A DNA stretch of 58,942 bases, from the IMG/VR virus record IMGVR_UViG_3300033143_005711, positions 1-58,942 of that record, one strand, 5' to 3'. A model generated the notes under the pieces. That model worked only from the letters and a program-made list of their open reading frames with translations. It was not told the origin of the DNA and ran no database searches. Positions 9,802-19,969 of the stretch are shown here, in pieces. Positions within the stretch are counted from its first letter, which is position 1. Each line of letters opens with the position of its first letter. This DNA is from a virus (lineage: Duplodnaviria > Caudoviricetes). The translations under genes were made by a program, and so were the position numbers.

Positions 9802-11691
9802 TTATAAAGTATAGATATTTTCTTTTAATAATGTATCGTTTGCACAAGCATAAAGCCGACTAATTAATAAATCTGTGCTGTTTAGAGTTGAATATTTACC
9901 TTTGTCTATAATACAAATATATTTCATACTTGGATAATTAAAAATTTTAAGTTTTTCTGTTATAAAATACTCTTTTCCAGATTTACCTTTTACAAGATAA
10001 CCTTTATCTTCTATCTCTGAATTTTCCACATCTATTTTTTTAATATTTAGTTTTGTTATTGTTTCCTCTAATAATTGTTTAGCTTTTTTCTTTGCGAGTT
10101 TATAATCTGCTAAACCTTTTTTTAATACAAGTAAAGAAGTATTATAATCAAGTTCAGAGTTTTTTTCTAAACCCTGTGCTATTGTGTGGGTATTTGTAAC
10201 ATTATTAGACCAATTTTCCATAGTAATTATATTTTTTATATTAGAAATTTGAAACTCTTTTTTTCCTAATTTTATAAAATGCCTGTTTTTCTTTCTTATT
10301 AATTCCACATTTGAAAATATTTTGTCTTCCCCATATTGATTTTTATTTAAGTAATATGTTAAACCACTACTTAATTTATTATGTATTTCTATTGAACATT
10401 TACTAACTTCCTTAAGAAATACTAAATAATCTTTTTTCTTATTATAACATAAGGCTTTCTTTAAAACTTCTTCTCTTTCTGCCTTATTTATTCTTATATC
10501 CTCTATATACCACCGATTATTTTCTTCTTCCATTTTTATTTTAAAATCCCCACAGAAAAGAATATTTTGTTTTTCATTATAATTATTGACAAAACTAAAA
10601 ACTACTTCATTAAATATATTGTTAAAATCTTTTTCTTCTTTATCTAAACGCATGACATCAAAATCTTTAAATCCTATTTTTTGTTTTTGATATTCAAAAA
10701 AACCTTTTTTTGTTCTTCTTATTCCATTAAGATTTATTTCGTTATTTTTTTCAAATTCAGAGTTTATTTTTTCATCAAGAGCATTTTCTTTATTTTGTTT
10801 TAATTCTTTCATTTTCTTTCTTAATTTTTCTTTACTACATAAACTTTTAAATTCATCATTTGTTATAAATTTAATCTTTTCTTTTATTTTATTTTTTATG
10901 TTGTTGTCGTCAAAAAATTTAAAATCTTCTTGAGTTATATCATCAAAAATATAAAATTTATTATCGCTATAACTCCCCCAATCAAGATAAAATTTTCTTC
11001 CCTCATCAAGATAATTATATATGCTAAACTCTGGTATAGCCATAATTATCTTATACACATAATTATCTCTACAAAATACAACCCTTAAATTATCTTTTTC
11101 AAATACCTTAATAATTTTGTTATTATCTTCTGTGTTTTCTTTAGGGTCATAATTTTCATTAAAAATGAAATTAATTATTTTTATTGCCGTTGAATAGCTA
11201 TGAGGAGTAGAAAAACAAAACTTATTTTCTTTTGTTTTTAACTCGTTTTTTATTTCCTTTATTATATCTTCTGTTCCATTTATATTAATATCAAATTTTT
11301 TAAATAACTCTTTAGATTTCTTTGTTTTTAATTCTTCACTTAATTTTTCTTTTATTTCGTTTTTTCCAATTAATTTAAGTTTGTTTGAATGATAATAGTT
11401 TCCTTCTTGATTTTCAATTTCGAACTTCAGACCAATATTTTCTTTACTTTCATAAACAACTCTTTCTTTAGAAATTTCGTTAAAGCTTTCATCATAAGTA
11501 ACTTTACCAATTCTTATAAAAAAATCATCTATTCCATACTCCGTATAAGTTTTTTTTGCGAATGTTAAAAATTCATCAAGAAGTTTACTATCTTTTTTAT
11601 TTAATCCTTTAATACTATTTGTTCCAACTATTAACTCTGCTTTTTTTTCTTCAATATTTCTTTCTAATTGTTCTATATTATAGCTTGTCAT
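9802..11691 (-). CDS. 629-aa protein heading the Ubl-E1 operon; C-terminal domain with YICII motif
   Basis: long ORF with its own TATA box; C-term YLVKGKSGKEYFI...YICII...DLLISRLYACAND. Confidence 0.75.
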   Translation of the reverse strand: MTSYNIEQLERNIEEKKAELIVGTNSIKGLNKKDSKLLDEFLTFAKKTYTEYGIDDFFIRIGKVTYDESFNEISKERVVYESKENIGLKFEIENQEGNYYHSNKLKLIGKNEIKEKLSEELKTKKSKELFKKFDININGTEDIIKEIKNELKTKENKFCFSTPHSYSTAIKIINFIFNENYDPKENTEDNNKIIKVFEKDNLRVVFCRDNYVYKIIMAIPEFSIYNYLDEGRKFYLDWGSYSDNKFYIFDDITQEDFKFFDDNNIKNKIKEKIKFITNDEFKSLCSKEKLRKKMKELKQNKENALDEKINSEFEKNNEINLNGIRRTKKGFFEYQKQKIGFKDFDVMRLDKEEKDFNNIFNEVVFSFVNNYNEKQNILFCGDFKIKMEEENNRWYIEDIRINKAEREEVLKKALCYNKKKDYLVFLKEVSKCSIEIHNKLSSGLTYYLNKNQYGEDKIFSNVELIRKKNRHFIKLGKKEFQISNIKNIITMENWSNNVTNTHTIAQGLEKNSELDYNTSLLVLKKGLADYKLAKKKAKQLLEETITKLNIKKIDVENSEIEDKGYLVKGKSGKEYFITEKLKIFNYPSMKYICIIDKGKYSTLNSTDLLISRLYACANDTLLKENIYTL

Positions 11692-11713
11692 TTTATATTT
11701 TATATAGTTAAAA

Positions 11714-11750
11714 CCCCTTTATATAGGTTTCTTGTCATTTTGTAGTTATG
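11714..11750 (-). promoter_or_regulatory. BRE/TATA promoter of the Ubl operon with upstream ATAACTACA motif
   Basis: AAACCTATATAAAGGGG about 25 bp before ATG 11691; T-rich terminator of the preceding gene at 11790-11820. Confidence 0.65.
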
Positions 11751-11821
11751 AATATTATGCACTTTGTTATGTTCTTTTAATCCTACATAAAAAGGATAAA
11801 AATAAAAAAAATAAAAAAAGA

Positions 11822-12301
11822 TTACTTCTTCTTTTTCTTCTTTGAAGTTTTCTTTAATGGTTTAATTGTTTTTAACTTAACCGACTTTTCAGCTTCATGT
11901 AAAGGAACTAATTTATAACCAATTATTCTTCCTGTCCAAGAACCATCATGAACTTTTTTGGTTAAATCTTCTTTTAGTTCTTTTTCTGTTTCCAATAACT
12001 TTCCTTTGTTATCACAACCTTGACCATAAACCATATATCTTGTTAAATCTTCTGGTTTTATTTTAACTTTGTTACTCATCTTATCCTTTGTTAATTCTAA
12101 TTCTCCCTCATAAAAGTTATGAGTAGTTTCATTTACTTTGTTGTATCCTTGTTTTATCTTCTTCCCAAAATCAACATAACAAGTATCATATGAACCCTCC
12201 TTTGAACCTGTAATTATACCAACCATTCCAATTAAGTGCCTGTCTGGTTCTTTTGCTTCGTTAATAACTTTAACTCTATCACCAACTTTAAATTTTCTCA
12301 T
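11822..12301 (-). CDS. SH3/KOW-like domain protein with basic tail
   Basis: KFKVGDRVKV...GMVGIITG...YEGELEL; GGAGGT SD. Confidence 0.65.
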   Translation of the reverse strand: MRKFKVGDRVKVINEAKEPDRHLIGMVGIITGSKEGSYDTCYVDFGKKIKQGYNKVNETTHNFYEGELELTKDKMSNKVKIKPEDLTRYMVYGQGCDNKGKLLETEKELKEDLTKKVHDGSWTGRIIGYKLVPLHEAEKSVKLKTIKPLKKTSKKKKKK

Positions 12302-12715
12302 TTTTATACCTCCCTAATTTAATTTGAATATTCATTTTATTAACCCTCTTTCAATAAGAGTAACTATTTTAGCATATTCTTTTAATAAAATCATATACAT
12401 CTTAACAACCTCTGCTTTCTTAAAATATCTGCTGTTAAGTATTTCTTCGTATGTTTGTTTTTTCTTTAATTCTTGTTTCATTTTAAAAATTCATCTACTA
12501 ATTTAATAAATTTCTTATCACATTTAGAGCATAAATCAAAACCAAAATATAGATAATAGGGAAATTGCCTTAAAATCCCAAATCTTACTATTGGTTTATG
12601 CTTTCTTTTTTTGCATTTATCACAATATTTTTTAATTGCTTTCATTTTAACTCGTCAAACTCCTTCCCTGCGAGTTTATCCATTTTATTATTTTTGTTGT
12701 TTAAACAACATTTAT

Positions 12716-13360
12716 TTATTTCTCTACCATACAAAACTCTGAATTACAAACTAAACACTTTGCCTGTAACTCATCACTTGCACACCTTATTTTAACACCA
12801 CAATTACATATATACAACCTTAACCGACTTCCTACTTTCTTTTTACCCTTTTGATTTTGAAATATATTAAACACTTCTTTACTTGGCTTAAATTCTTCTA
12901 CTAACTTGTTAAAATCCTCTGTTTCGCTTGTTTGATTATAACCTTTATTTCCTTTTTCTACTAATAACTTAAACTTTTCTGCTTGTTCTTTGAATTTCTT
13001 ATTATGATAACCATTGCTTGTAGTATCCTTTACGCCTTTTATGTGACTTACAAAATGTGCTAACTCGTGAGCCAATACCTCATAAGGATTACTTGTTTTA
13101 AGGTGTAATGTGTTTAAGTTTATATTGTTTAGGTCTTGTTTTGTATTTGTGAATCTATCTTCGCACTTATCACTCATAAAATAACCTATTGTTCTATTAC
13201 TTGCTTTATTTAAAGTTACAACATAATTACTTGGAAGTTTAAGAGAAAATCTAACATTAAGAAAACTTATGAATTTCTCACATTCCCTTATTGCAGGAAT
13301 GAAGCTGTTATTATTCTCTGGAATGGTGTTATTTGCTGTTTTAAGCTGTTCTGGTGTCAT
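12716..13360 (-). CDS. SprT-like zinc metalloprotease with C-terminal Zn ribbon
   Basis: LAHELAH, GYHNKKFK, CNCG...CLVC. Confidence 0.8.
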   Translation of the reverse strand: MTPEQLKTANNTIPENNNSFIPAIRECEKFISFLNVRFSLKLPSNYVVTLNKASNRTIGYFMSDKCEDRFTNTKQDLNNINLNTLHLKTSNPYEVLAHELAHFVSHIKGVKDTTSNGYHNKKFKEQAEKFKLLVEKGNKGYNQTSETEDFNKLVEEFKPSKEVFNIFQNQKGKKKVGSRLRLYICNCGVKIRCASDELQAKCLVCNSEFCMVEK

Positions 13361-14246
13361 TTTTTATTGTTTTTCTTGTCTTTGTCCGTGTAATTTATTT
13401 GATAAATTTTAGTATGTCTATGTGGTGGATATTATTTAGGATTACCCCACTGCTACTTATTCCAAATAACCCCTTTTAATAAATTCATAATCTTTCAAAA
13501 AGTTAATACATAACCCTTTAGATAAACCCTCATTGATAGCTTTATCTATTCTATTGAATATTTCTCTTATTTTTTGTGTTTCTTTCATTTTGTTTGTTTC
13601 TATCCTGTGCCTATTTTCTTGTTTCAGCTCCCACAATACCCCCTATTGCAGAGATAATACAAAAGTATCCCCTATGGGCTTTACCCCTTCATTTCCAGTG
13701 GAGATTACCCTTTTCTCGTCTTAATATACCCAAATTTAACCTTATTGGCTTATTTGGTGTTTTCTTAATAATGCCCAAATAAAGCAAGAATTTTCTTAAT
13801 TTCATTCTTTTCTTTAGTTATTGCCTTTTGGTATTGTTCTTCTGTTATACCTATCTCTTGTAATCCAGCTTTAAACCATTCGCTTATATGTTCTTTAGTC
13901 ATTTTAATTTGTTGCAGTGTTTTAACTACTACATTTATTTATTCTGTTTGTTTAGTTACTACATTATTTTCTCTATTTTCTATAATCTGCCTGTCTACTT
14001 CTTTACATTCTAATAACATAGTTCTTAATTTATCTTGTATCATTGTGAAACCTCATTAAGTAAGCTGTCTATATTTACCTTTGTTCTATTATTTTTATTA
14101 CTTTCTATACCTCTTTCTTTTATTAGTTGTAGTTCGTTTGTTTCTTCCATTTGAATATGTTTCTGTTCTGTTTATAATATGAGTGGGAACAGATAGCCAC
14201 CCTCTTTTTTTTTAGTTCGATAAAGGCAATATAATCAAGAATAACT

Positions 14247-14441
14247 TGTTTATAAATGTTTGTGTTATTTGTATTTCTTATAAAACTACAATACTACATA
14301 ATAGTTACAACAAAAAAAGAATTCTTGTTTCACGGAGGAGTGGTGAATTTTGTTAATAGTCATCTCATTTATGTAATTAGGGAAGATGCGAGGTAGTGTC
14401 ATTTATAAATGATTACATATAAAACGAAACATTTAAAAGGG
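14247..14441. promoter_or_regulatory. divergent promoter region at the strand switch
   Basis: AAACATTTATAAAC (minus, about 14247-14262) and AAACATTTAAAAGGG (plus, about 14427-14441); clustered ACTAC motifs. Confidence 0.65.
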
Positions 14442-14513
14442 AAGTTTTATTAGGTTTCACATGGTAAAGATAACTTATTGGAGGATTTTAAAAAAAAATT
14501 TAAAAATTTTAAA

Positions 14514-14855
14514 ATGAACCAAAAAGAAATAAACAAGCTCCTCGAGGGATTATTCGATGGGGGATATATCTTTGAAAAGAAGATAGGAAGAGCTACACCC
14601 TCTGCCGGAGCAATCTACCTTCCAAGAAAATTGATTGGAAAACATTTTAGAGTCATCTTGGTTCCTATGAAAGATGAAGAAGAACTTGAAAAAAACGGCG
14701 CGAAGACTCCGTCAGATGTAAGCCTTGGACATGAACCCCTGGCACCAATAAATACAAAAGAAGGACAAGAACAAAGAGATAGATTTAGAGAGAAACTATC
14801 TGAACAACCAGATAGAATTAAAATAAATACTGGAATCACGGAGAAAAGAGAATGA
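14514..14855 (+). CDS. DUF2080/AbrB-like swapped-hairpin DNA-binding protein
   Basis: EKKIGRATPSAGAIYLPRKLIGKHFRVIL. Confidence 0.6.
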   Translation: MNQKEINKLLEGLFDGGYIFEKKIGRATPSAGAIYLPRKLIGKHFRVILVPMKDEEELEKNGAKTPSDVSLGHEPLAPINTKEGQEQRDRFREKLSEQPDRIKINTGITEKRE

Positions 14856-15148
14856 GCATACCTGAAAAAATAATTTTATTTGGAGAAATTTATACAATCA
14901 AAAAAGTTACTAAACATGAACTTACTTGTGAAGAATGTGCTGAAAAGTGTATTGGAAAGATAGACCCTGAAGAAAAATTAATTCAAATAGCTATAGATGA
15001 TGATGAAATGACTGAAGAAGAATTACTCTTACATGAATTAGGACATTACTTTGGAAGGGTTATTACTGGAGAAGATAATGAATCCTCTGCTAACTCCTTT
15101 GCACATTATGTACTTTCAATAATTAAACAATTGGGATATAAAAAATGA
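14852..15148 (+). CDS. small zincin metallopeptidase
   Basis: LLHELGH plus downstream E-x-x-AN-x-FA. Confidence 0.7.
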   Translation: MSIPEKIILFGEIYTIKKVTKHELTCEECAEKCIGKIDPEEKLIQIAIDDDEMTEEELLLHELGHYFGRVITGEDNESSANSFAHYVLSIIKQLGYKK

Positions 15149-15573
15149 AATATAGATATAGAAAAATAAGACCAGAAGATGTAGAAAAGATGAAAAAATT
15201 TCGAGCCGAAGGACTTAGTTATAGGAAAATCAGTGAGGAGTTTAATATTAGTATGTCTGTTGTTCAATATCATCTTATTCCAAAATATAGGGAGCAAAGT
15301 CTGGCCAGGTCAAAAAAAAGAAATAAGTTAAAACCTCAAAAACCAAATCCAGAATATATTAAAAAATACATGAAAGAAAGATATAACAATGATGAAGAAT
15401 TTAGAAAAAGATTTATTGGTTTAGTTACTTCTAGTTATAAAAGGAGAAGGGAGTCCTGGATTGAAAAAGGATTATGTTCTGGTTGTGGAAGGGAAAGAGA
15501 AGACAAAAATCTTAAGACTTGTGATAAATGCCGTTATACTAAAAGACAAAAATATAAACAACATAAAATTTAA
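15145..15573 (+). CDS. HTH plus Zn-finger protein
   Basis: EGLSYRKISEEFNISMSVVQYHL; CSGC...CDKC. Confidence 0.7.
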   Translation: MKYRYRKIRPEDVEKMKKFRAEGLSYRKISEEFNISMSVVQYHLIPKYREQSLARSKKRNKLKPQKPNPEYIKKYMKERYNNDEEFRKRFIGLVTSSYKRRRESWIEKGLCSGCGREREDKNLKTCDKCRYTKRQKYKQHKI

Positions 15574-15623
15574 ATAGTCTGAACAACTTACAAATACGCA
15601 ATATTAAACTAAAAACAATAAAA

Positions 15624-16985
15624 ATGAAAAAAAGCTACATAATAACTGCAGCACAATCATATGCTTCTCCACATACAAATTTATTAAATGGTCTTAAGAA
15701 ATATGCTGAAAGAAATAATTCTGAATTAATTGTTTTACCAATGATTGGAAATTCTGCAAGACAAGATTGGGATGGGATTAAAGATATGTTTCAAGAATTT
15801 TTAGAATATAATAAAAGAAAATTAAATAGCAACATTAGAATAGGTCAACACCACATAAGACCATATATGATTGACCCAATTACTGGACTAAATAGATTTG
15901 CTCAAAGGGGAACTTCATTAATTGTTGGTAGCCCAAAACAAAGAATGAGGGCCATAGCACATTCAAATCATAAAATACCCAAATTAATTATGTCTACTGG
16001 GGCAGTCACAAGACCAAATTATGCAACAGGCAATGATATTAGTGCTGAAAGAAGAAGATTAGGTGGTATTGCATTAGAAGACCATACTTATGGTGCATTA
16101 GTTGTTGAAGTTATTAATGGAAACAAATATCATTTAAGAAACATAAGAGCAGATTCTAGAGGTAGGTTTATTGACCTTGGTAAGAAATTTGATGGTAAAA
16201 AAAGAGTTGGAAATGCTGATTTAGAAGCATTAGTTTTTGGAGATTGGCATAATGGATATACTGATAAAAAAGTTAGAAAAGCAAATTTTGAAATGATTGA
16301 AGAATATAATCCCAAAAAGGTAGTTTTACATGACTTCTTTGATGGGCATTCTGTTTCACACCACGCAAAAGGGCATCTAATTACTCAATTAATGCTCGAA
16401 GGTTCAGACAAAGGTTTTCTTTCATTAGAGGATGAATTAAAACTGAGTTATAACGAATTAATTGAAATAAATAAAAGAATGAAAAGAAGAGATAAGGAAA
16501 TATATGTTGTAGCTGCTAACCATTTAGAGTTTTTAGATAGATATTTGGATGAAGGCCGATTTATAAAAGACCCTGGTAATGCGAGGTTGGCATTCCATTT
16601 AGCTGCAGCACTAGCAGAAGATAAGAATCCTGTTGAAGTTGGCATAAAAATGATGGGTAATTTACCAAAAAGCATTAAATTTTTAAGAAGAGATGAAGAT
16701 TTAAAAGTTAGAGGTTATCAATTAGGTTCCCATGGTGATAAAGGGCCCAGTGGTGGAAGAGGAAGTATAAAGAGTAGAGAAAATGATTTTGGAAAAAGTA
16801 TAACGGGTCATTCACATAGTGCGGAAATATTAAGAGATACTTATATTGTTGGGACCTCTACACCCCTAACAATTTTTTATAGTAGAGGAACACCAACAAA
16901 ATGGACAAATACAAATGCATTACTTTGGGAAAATGGTATGGTTCAAATGGTACACATAATAAATGGAAAATGGAGAGACAAATGA
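15624..16985 (+). CDS. calcineurin-like metallophosphoesterase with N-terminal extension
   Basis: GDWH, HDFFDG, ANH, HGD, GHSH motifs. Confidence 0.8.
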   Translation: MKKSYIITAAQSYASPHTNLLNGLKKYAERNNSELIVLPMIGNSARQDWDGIKDMFQEFLEYNKRKLNSNIRIGQHHIRPYMIDPITGLNRFAQRGTSLIVGSPKQRMRAIAHSNHKIPKLIMSTGAVTRPNYATGNDISAERRRLGGIALEDHTYGALVVEVINGNKYHLRNIRADSRGRFIDLGKKFDGKKRVGNADLEALVFGDWHNGYTDKKVRKANFEMIEEYNPKKVVLHDFFDGHSVSHHAKGHLITQLMLEGSDKGFLSLEDELKLSYNELIEINKRMKRRDKEIYVVAANHLEFLDRYLDEGRFIKDPGNARLAFHLAAALAEDKNPVEVGIKMMGNLPKSIKFLRRDEDLKVRGYQLGSHGDKGPSGGRGSIKSRENDFGKSITGHSHSAEILRDTYIVGTSTPLTIFYSRGTPTKWTNTNALLWENGMVQMVHIINGKWRDK

Positions 16986-17377
16986 GAAAGACATTATTAG
17001 CATTACTATGTGCCGGATTATTAGCTTTTCCAACGGAAGCTGTAAAGCAAAGAATGCCTAAATTAAAAAAAGAAAATCTTGTTTCTGCACATCTAATAAA
17101 ATTAAATGGATTACTTGATTATGTTTTATTTTCTTATGATAGTAACTGGAATGGAAAGATAGATACAGAATCTTGGCACAATGTATTAGAAATGAGAGCT
17201 ATGGGAGATTCAGTTTATACAAAGCATGATACAATTCCAGAAACAATACAATATGATTTTAATGAAGATGGAAGAGCGGATTATAGATTAAATGATTGGG
17301 ATAAAGATGGTTTTATTGATGAAAGACAAAATCTTTTAGAAAAACAACAACCAGATTCAACAAGGAGTAAAATATAA
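16982..17377 (+). CDS. secreted protein with DxDxDG Ca-binding loops (start refined to MRKTLL)
   Basis: signal peptide; DSNWNGKID, DFNEDGRAD, DWDKDGFID. Confidence 0.65.
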   Translation: MRKTLLALLCAGLLAFPTEAVKQRMPKLKKENLVSAHLIKLNGLLDYVLFSYDSNWNGKIDTESWHNVLEMRAMGDSVYTKHDTIPETIQYDFNEDGRADYRLNDWDKDGFIDERQNLLEKQQPDSTRSKI

Positions 17378-17401
17378 TGGCTATCGTTAAAGGAGATTAA
17401 A

Positions 17402-17710
17402 ATGGCAAAGAAAAACACACATAGCAGACTAATAAATGATTTAGCTAAAAGATTAGAAGATAGTTCTCATGATTATATATTAAATAAAGAAATTATGTAT
17501 GGGATTCACCGTACAGGAAATATTGGTGAAATCGATTTATTAGCAACAAGCGATAATAATAAATATAAAATAATCTGTGAAATGAAAAGTCGAGATACAG
17601 ATAGAACAAGAGCTAAGGCTATGAAGCAATTAAGTAGAGCAAAGAGATATATGCGCGGAAAAATATATACTTTTTACGTAACACCTACTTGTTTGGAGTG
17701 GATAAGATGA
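17402..17710 (+). CDS. PD-(D/E)xK nuclease-fold protein
   Basis: GEIDLL...CEMKS...AMKQL. Confidence 0.7.
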   Translation: MAKKNTHSRLINDLAKRLEDSSHDYILNKEIMYGIHRTGNIGEIDLLATSDNNKYKIICEMKSRDTDRTRAKAMKQLSRAKRYMRGKIYTFYVTPTCLEWIR

Positions 17711-17797
17711 ATTTAGAAGAGAACTTAAAACGAATTAAAATAATCCAAATGCTTGGCGATGCAGGTATCTGCGATGAATATCAAGGGATAGTTAAAG

Positions 17798-18223
17798 ATG
17801 AATGTCCAATGTATGCTATTGATTGCCCAAGAACATGTACTTATGCTAAAAATCAGGAGAATAAAGATGAAATTAAGTATTGAAGAAAAAAAAGAAATTA
17901 TTGGAAAACAAATAATAGAATTGAAACAAGAATACCCCTACAAATATGATGAAGCATTAGTTGCTAGAAATATTAATAAATTAAACAATAGAGCTTATGA
18001 AGCGCAAGTCTTTTTCTATGATTGCTGTGAAGAAGCAGATGGAATAAACCGAACAGTTGATTCTACAATGCATAGTCATTTTTTCTGCAATTCAGCATTG
18101 ATTTATCTTCCCTTAATAGAATGGACTTTAGATGGCGATGAGGAATTAAGAGATTTTGATGATGATGATATAAGAAGATTATCTGTTGGGATTTTAGAAA
18201 ATCAATGCAGTGGAGATTGGTGA
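17798..18223 (+). CDS. hypothetical protein (likely start MKLSIEE near 17867)
   Basis: AGGAG SD before the internal ATG. Confidence 0.55.
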   Translation: MNVQCMLLIAQEHVLMLKIRRIKMKLSIEEKKEIIGKQIIELKQEYPYKYDEALVARNINKLNNRAYEAQVFFYDCCEEADGINRTVDSTMHSHFFCNSALIYLPLIEWTLDGDEELRDFDDDDIRRLSVGILENQCSGDW

Positions 18224-18540
18224 TGGATGAAATACCAAAAGAAGTAAGAAAAGCTATTGAAAGCAAGTTAGAAGAAGAATTAAAAGTAGAAGAACTATCT
18301 GAAATAGAATTTGACAGCGCTGTTTTTACTGGAATCCAACACTATTACAATCAAATGAAAGATACACAAGAGCAATACTTAAACATAATAGAACAACTAA
18401 AAAAACTATATTCTAGCAAAGAAAGATATAAAGGTTATAACCAAATAATGAAATATTTTCAACAAGGAGATAAACTTTGGTTTAAGGCAAGAGAAAAAAG
18501 AATAGGTTTCTTTGACGAAGGAGAAAACGATGGTGAATAA
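18205..18540 (+). CDS. hypothetical helical protein directly upstream of TerL
   Basis: position only. Confidence 0.55.
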   Translation: MQWRLVMDEIPKEVRKAIESKLEEELKVEELSEIEFDSAVFTGIQHYYNQMKDTQEQYLNIIEQLKKLYSSKERYKGYNQIMKYFQQGDKLWFKAREKRIGFFDEGENDGE

Positions 18541-19969
18541 AATTCCAGAAGGCGAAGAATTAGTAAACTTCTTGATGGAGTGTAGAATCAACTTTAAATT
18601 TTTTTGTGATAATGTGCTTTCAGATATTTTTATGGAAAAGTATGGTGGGCTTCAACCATACATGGAAGAGTGGTTTAATCTTATTCAAGAAAATTCAAGG
18701 GTTGGAATTTTTGCTGCAAGAGGTTATGCTAAAACTACAATCTTAGGTGTAGCCTATCCTTTATGGTTAGCATTCACAAAAAAGAATAAAGCAATTTTAG
18801 TTGTTTCTCGTTCTGAAGCTCAAGCAAAAAGAGTGTTGGCTGTAATAAAAGTTGCTATAGAACAAAATCCATTACTTGTAGAATTAAAACCAAAAGAAGC
18901 TAGAGACACTTGGTCTTCCAAACAAATAAATACAACTACTGGATGTAAAATATATTGCCGTCCATTTACTAAAAGTATTCTTGGAGAAAGAACAGACTTT
19001 GTTTTAATGGATGAAGCTGATTCATACGATTATCCAGAAAATTATTTTGACTATGTTGTTCCAACATTGAACCCAGGTGGAAAAATAGCTTTAATTTCTA
19101 CACCAAATACTGGTGCTAGTTTAATGTCTATGATTCAAGAAAGAAATTTGAAAGAACAATCAGGATATATTATGAGGACTTATCCTGCCATGGTGGATGG
19201 AGAATCTATTTGGAGTTCTAGATTTCCAGCAAAATGTTCATGTAAGAAATCTTGTGCTTGTGAAACATTAGAAAATAAAAGAAAAGAATTAGGAGAACAA
19301 TTATTTCAAAAAAACTTCATGTGTAATCCCGTTGCAGAAAGTGGAAGGTCCATATATACTGCTCAATCAATTAATGATTGTTCAGATTGGAATTCTACTT
19401 TTACTGAAAAAGGTTATGGTGGAGATATATTTATTGGATGTGACTTTGCCACGGCGACAGGCCCAACAGCAGATTTTGATTGTTATACTGTCGTAGAACG
19501 TAATGGAGATACTGGGGTTATTCGGTTTGCAGAATTCCATCGGACTCCAGATGTTGGAGCAAAGGTGGCAAGGATAATAGAATTATATGAGCGTTACGAC
19601 GCACAAGTAGTAATATGTGATGAGTCCTCTATAGGGGTAGCAGTTTTAGCTGAGTTACGTGGAGAAGGAATTTCAACAGAAGCACAATCATTCCAATCAA
19701 GAGCTAGAAATAAATTATTAACTAATCTTAAAACATTGTTAGACCATGGAAATCTAAAAATACCTAGAAGCCCAGAAGATTTACAGACTTCAAAATATTC
19801 ACAAAGGTTAGAAATAGAATTACTTTCCTTTCATGAAATAAAAACACTTTCTGGATTAACTACTTATAGGTCAGTTGGAGCTCATGATGATACGGCTGTT
19901 TCTTTAGCTATGGCTGTAAAACATATCCAAATAAAAAAAGTATTTGAAGATTATATTGGTGTAGCTTAA
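18530..19969 (+). CDS. terL: terminase large subunit
   Basis: Walker A ARGYAKTT, Walker B VLMDEAD, ISTP coupling motif, nuclease GCDFA and HDDTAVSLAMA. Confidence 0.93.
   Translation: MVNKIPEGEELVNFLMECRINFKFFCDNVLSDIFMEKYGGLQPYMEEWFNLIQENSRVGIFAARGYAKTTILGVAYPLWLAFTKKNKAILVVSRSEAQAKRVLAVIKVAIEQNPLLVELKPKEARDTWSSKQINTTTGCKIYCRPFTKSILGERTDFVLMDEADSYDYPENYFDYVVPTLNPGGKIALISTPNTGASLMSMIQERNLKEQSGYIMRTYPAMVDGESIWSSRFPAKCSCKKSCACETLENKRKELGEQLFQKNFMCNPVAESGRSIYTAQSINDCSDWNSTFTEKGYGGDIFIGCDFATATGPTADFDCYTVVERNGDTGVIRFAEFHRTPDVGAKVARIIELYERYDAQVVICDESSIGVAVLAELRGEGISTEAQSFQSRARNKLLTNLKTLLDHGNLKIPRSPEDLQTSKYSQRLEIELLSFHEIKTLSGLTTYRSVGAHDDTAVSLAMAVKHIQIKKVFEDYIGVA

Noticed and set aside
13600-14080. 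Hammerhead ribozyme in the leftward small-ORF region
   Set aside because: No CUGANGA core with a correctly placed GAAA was found
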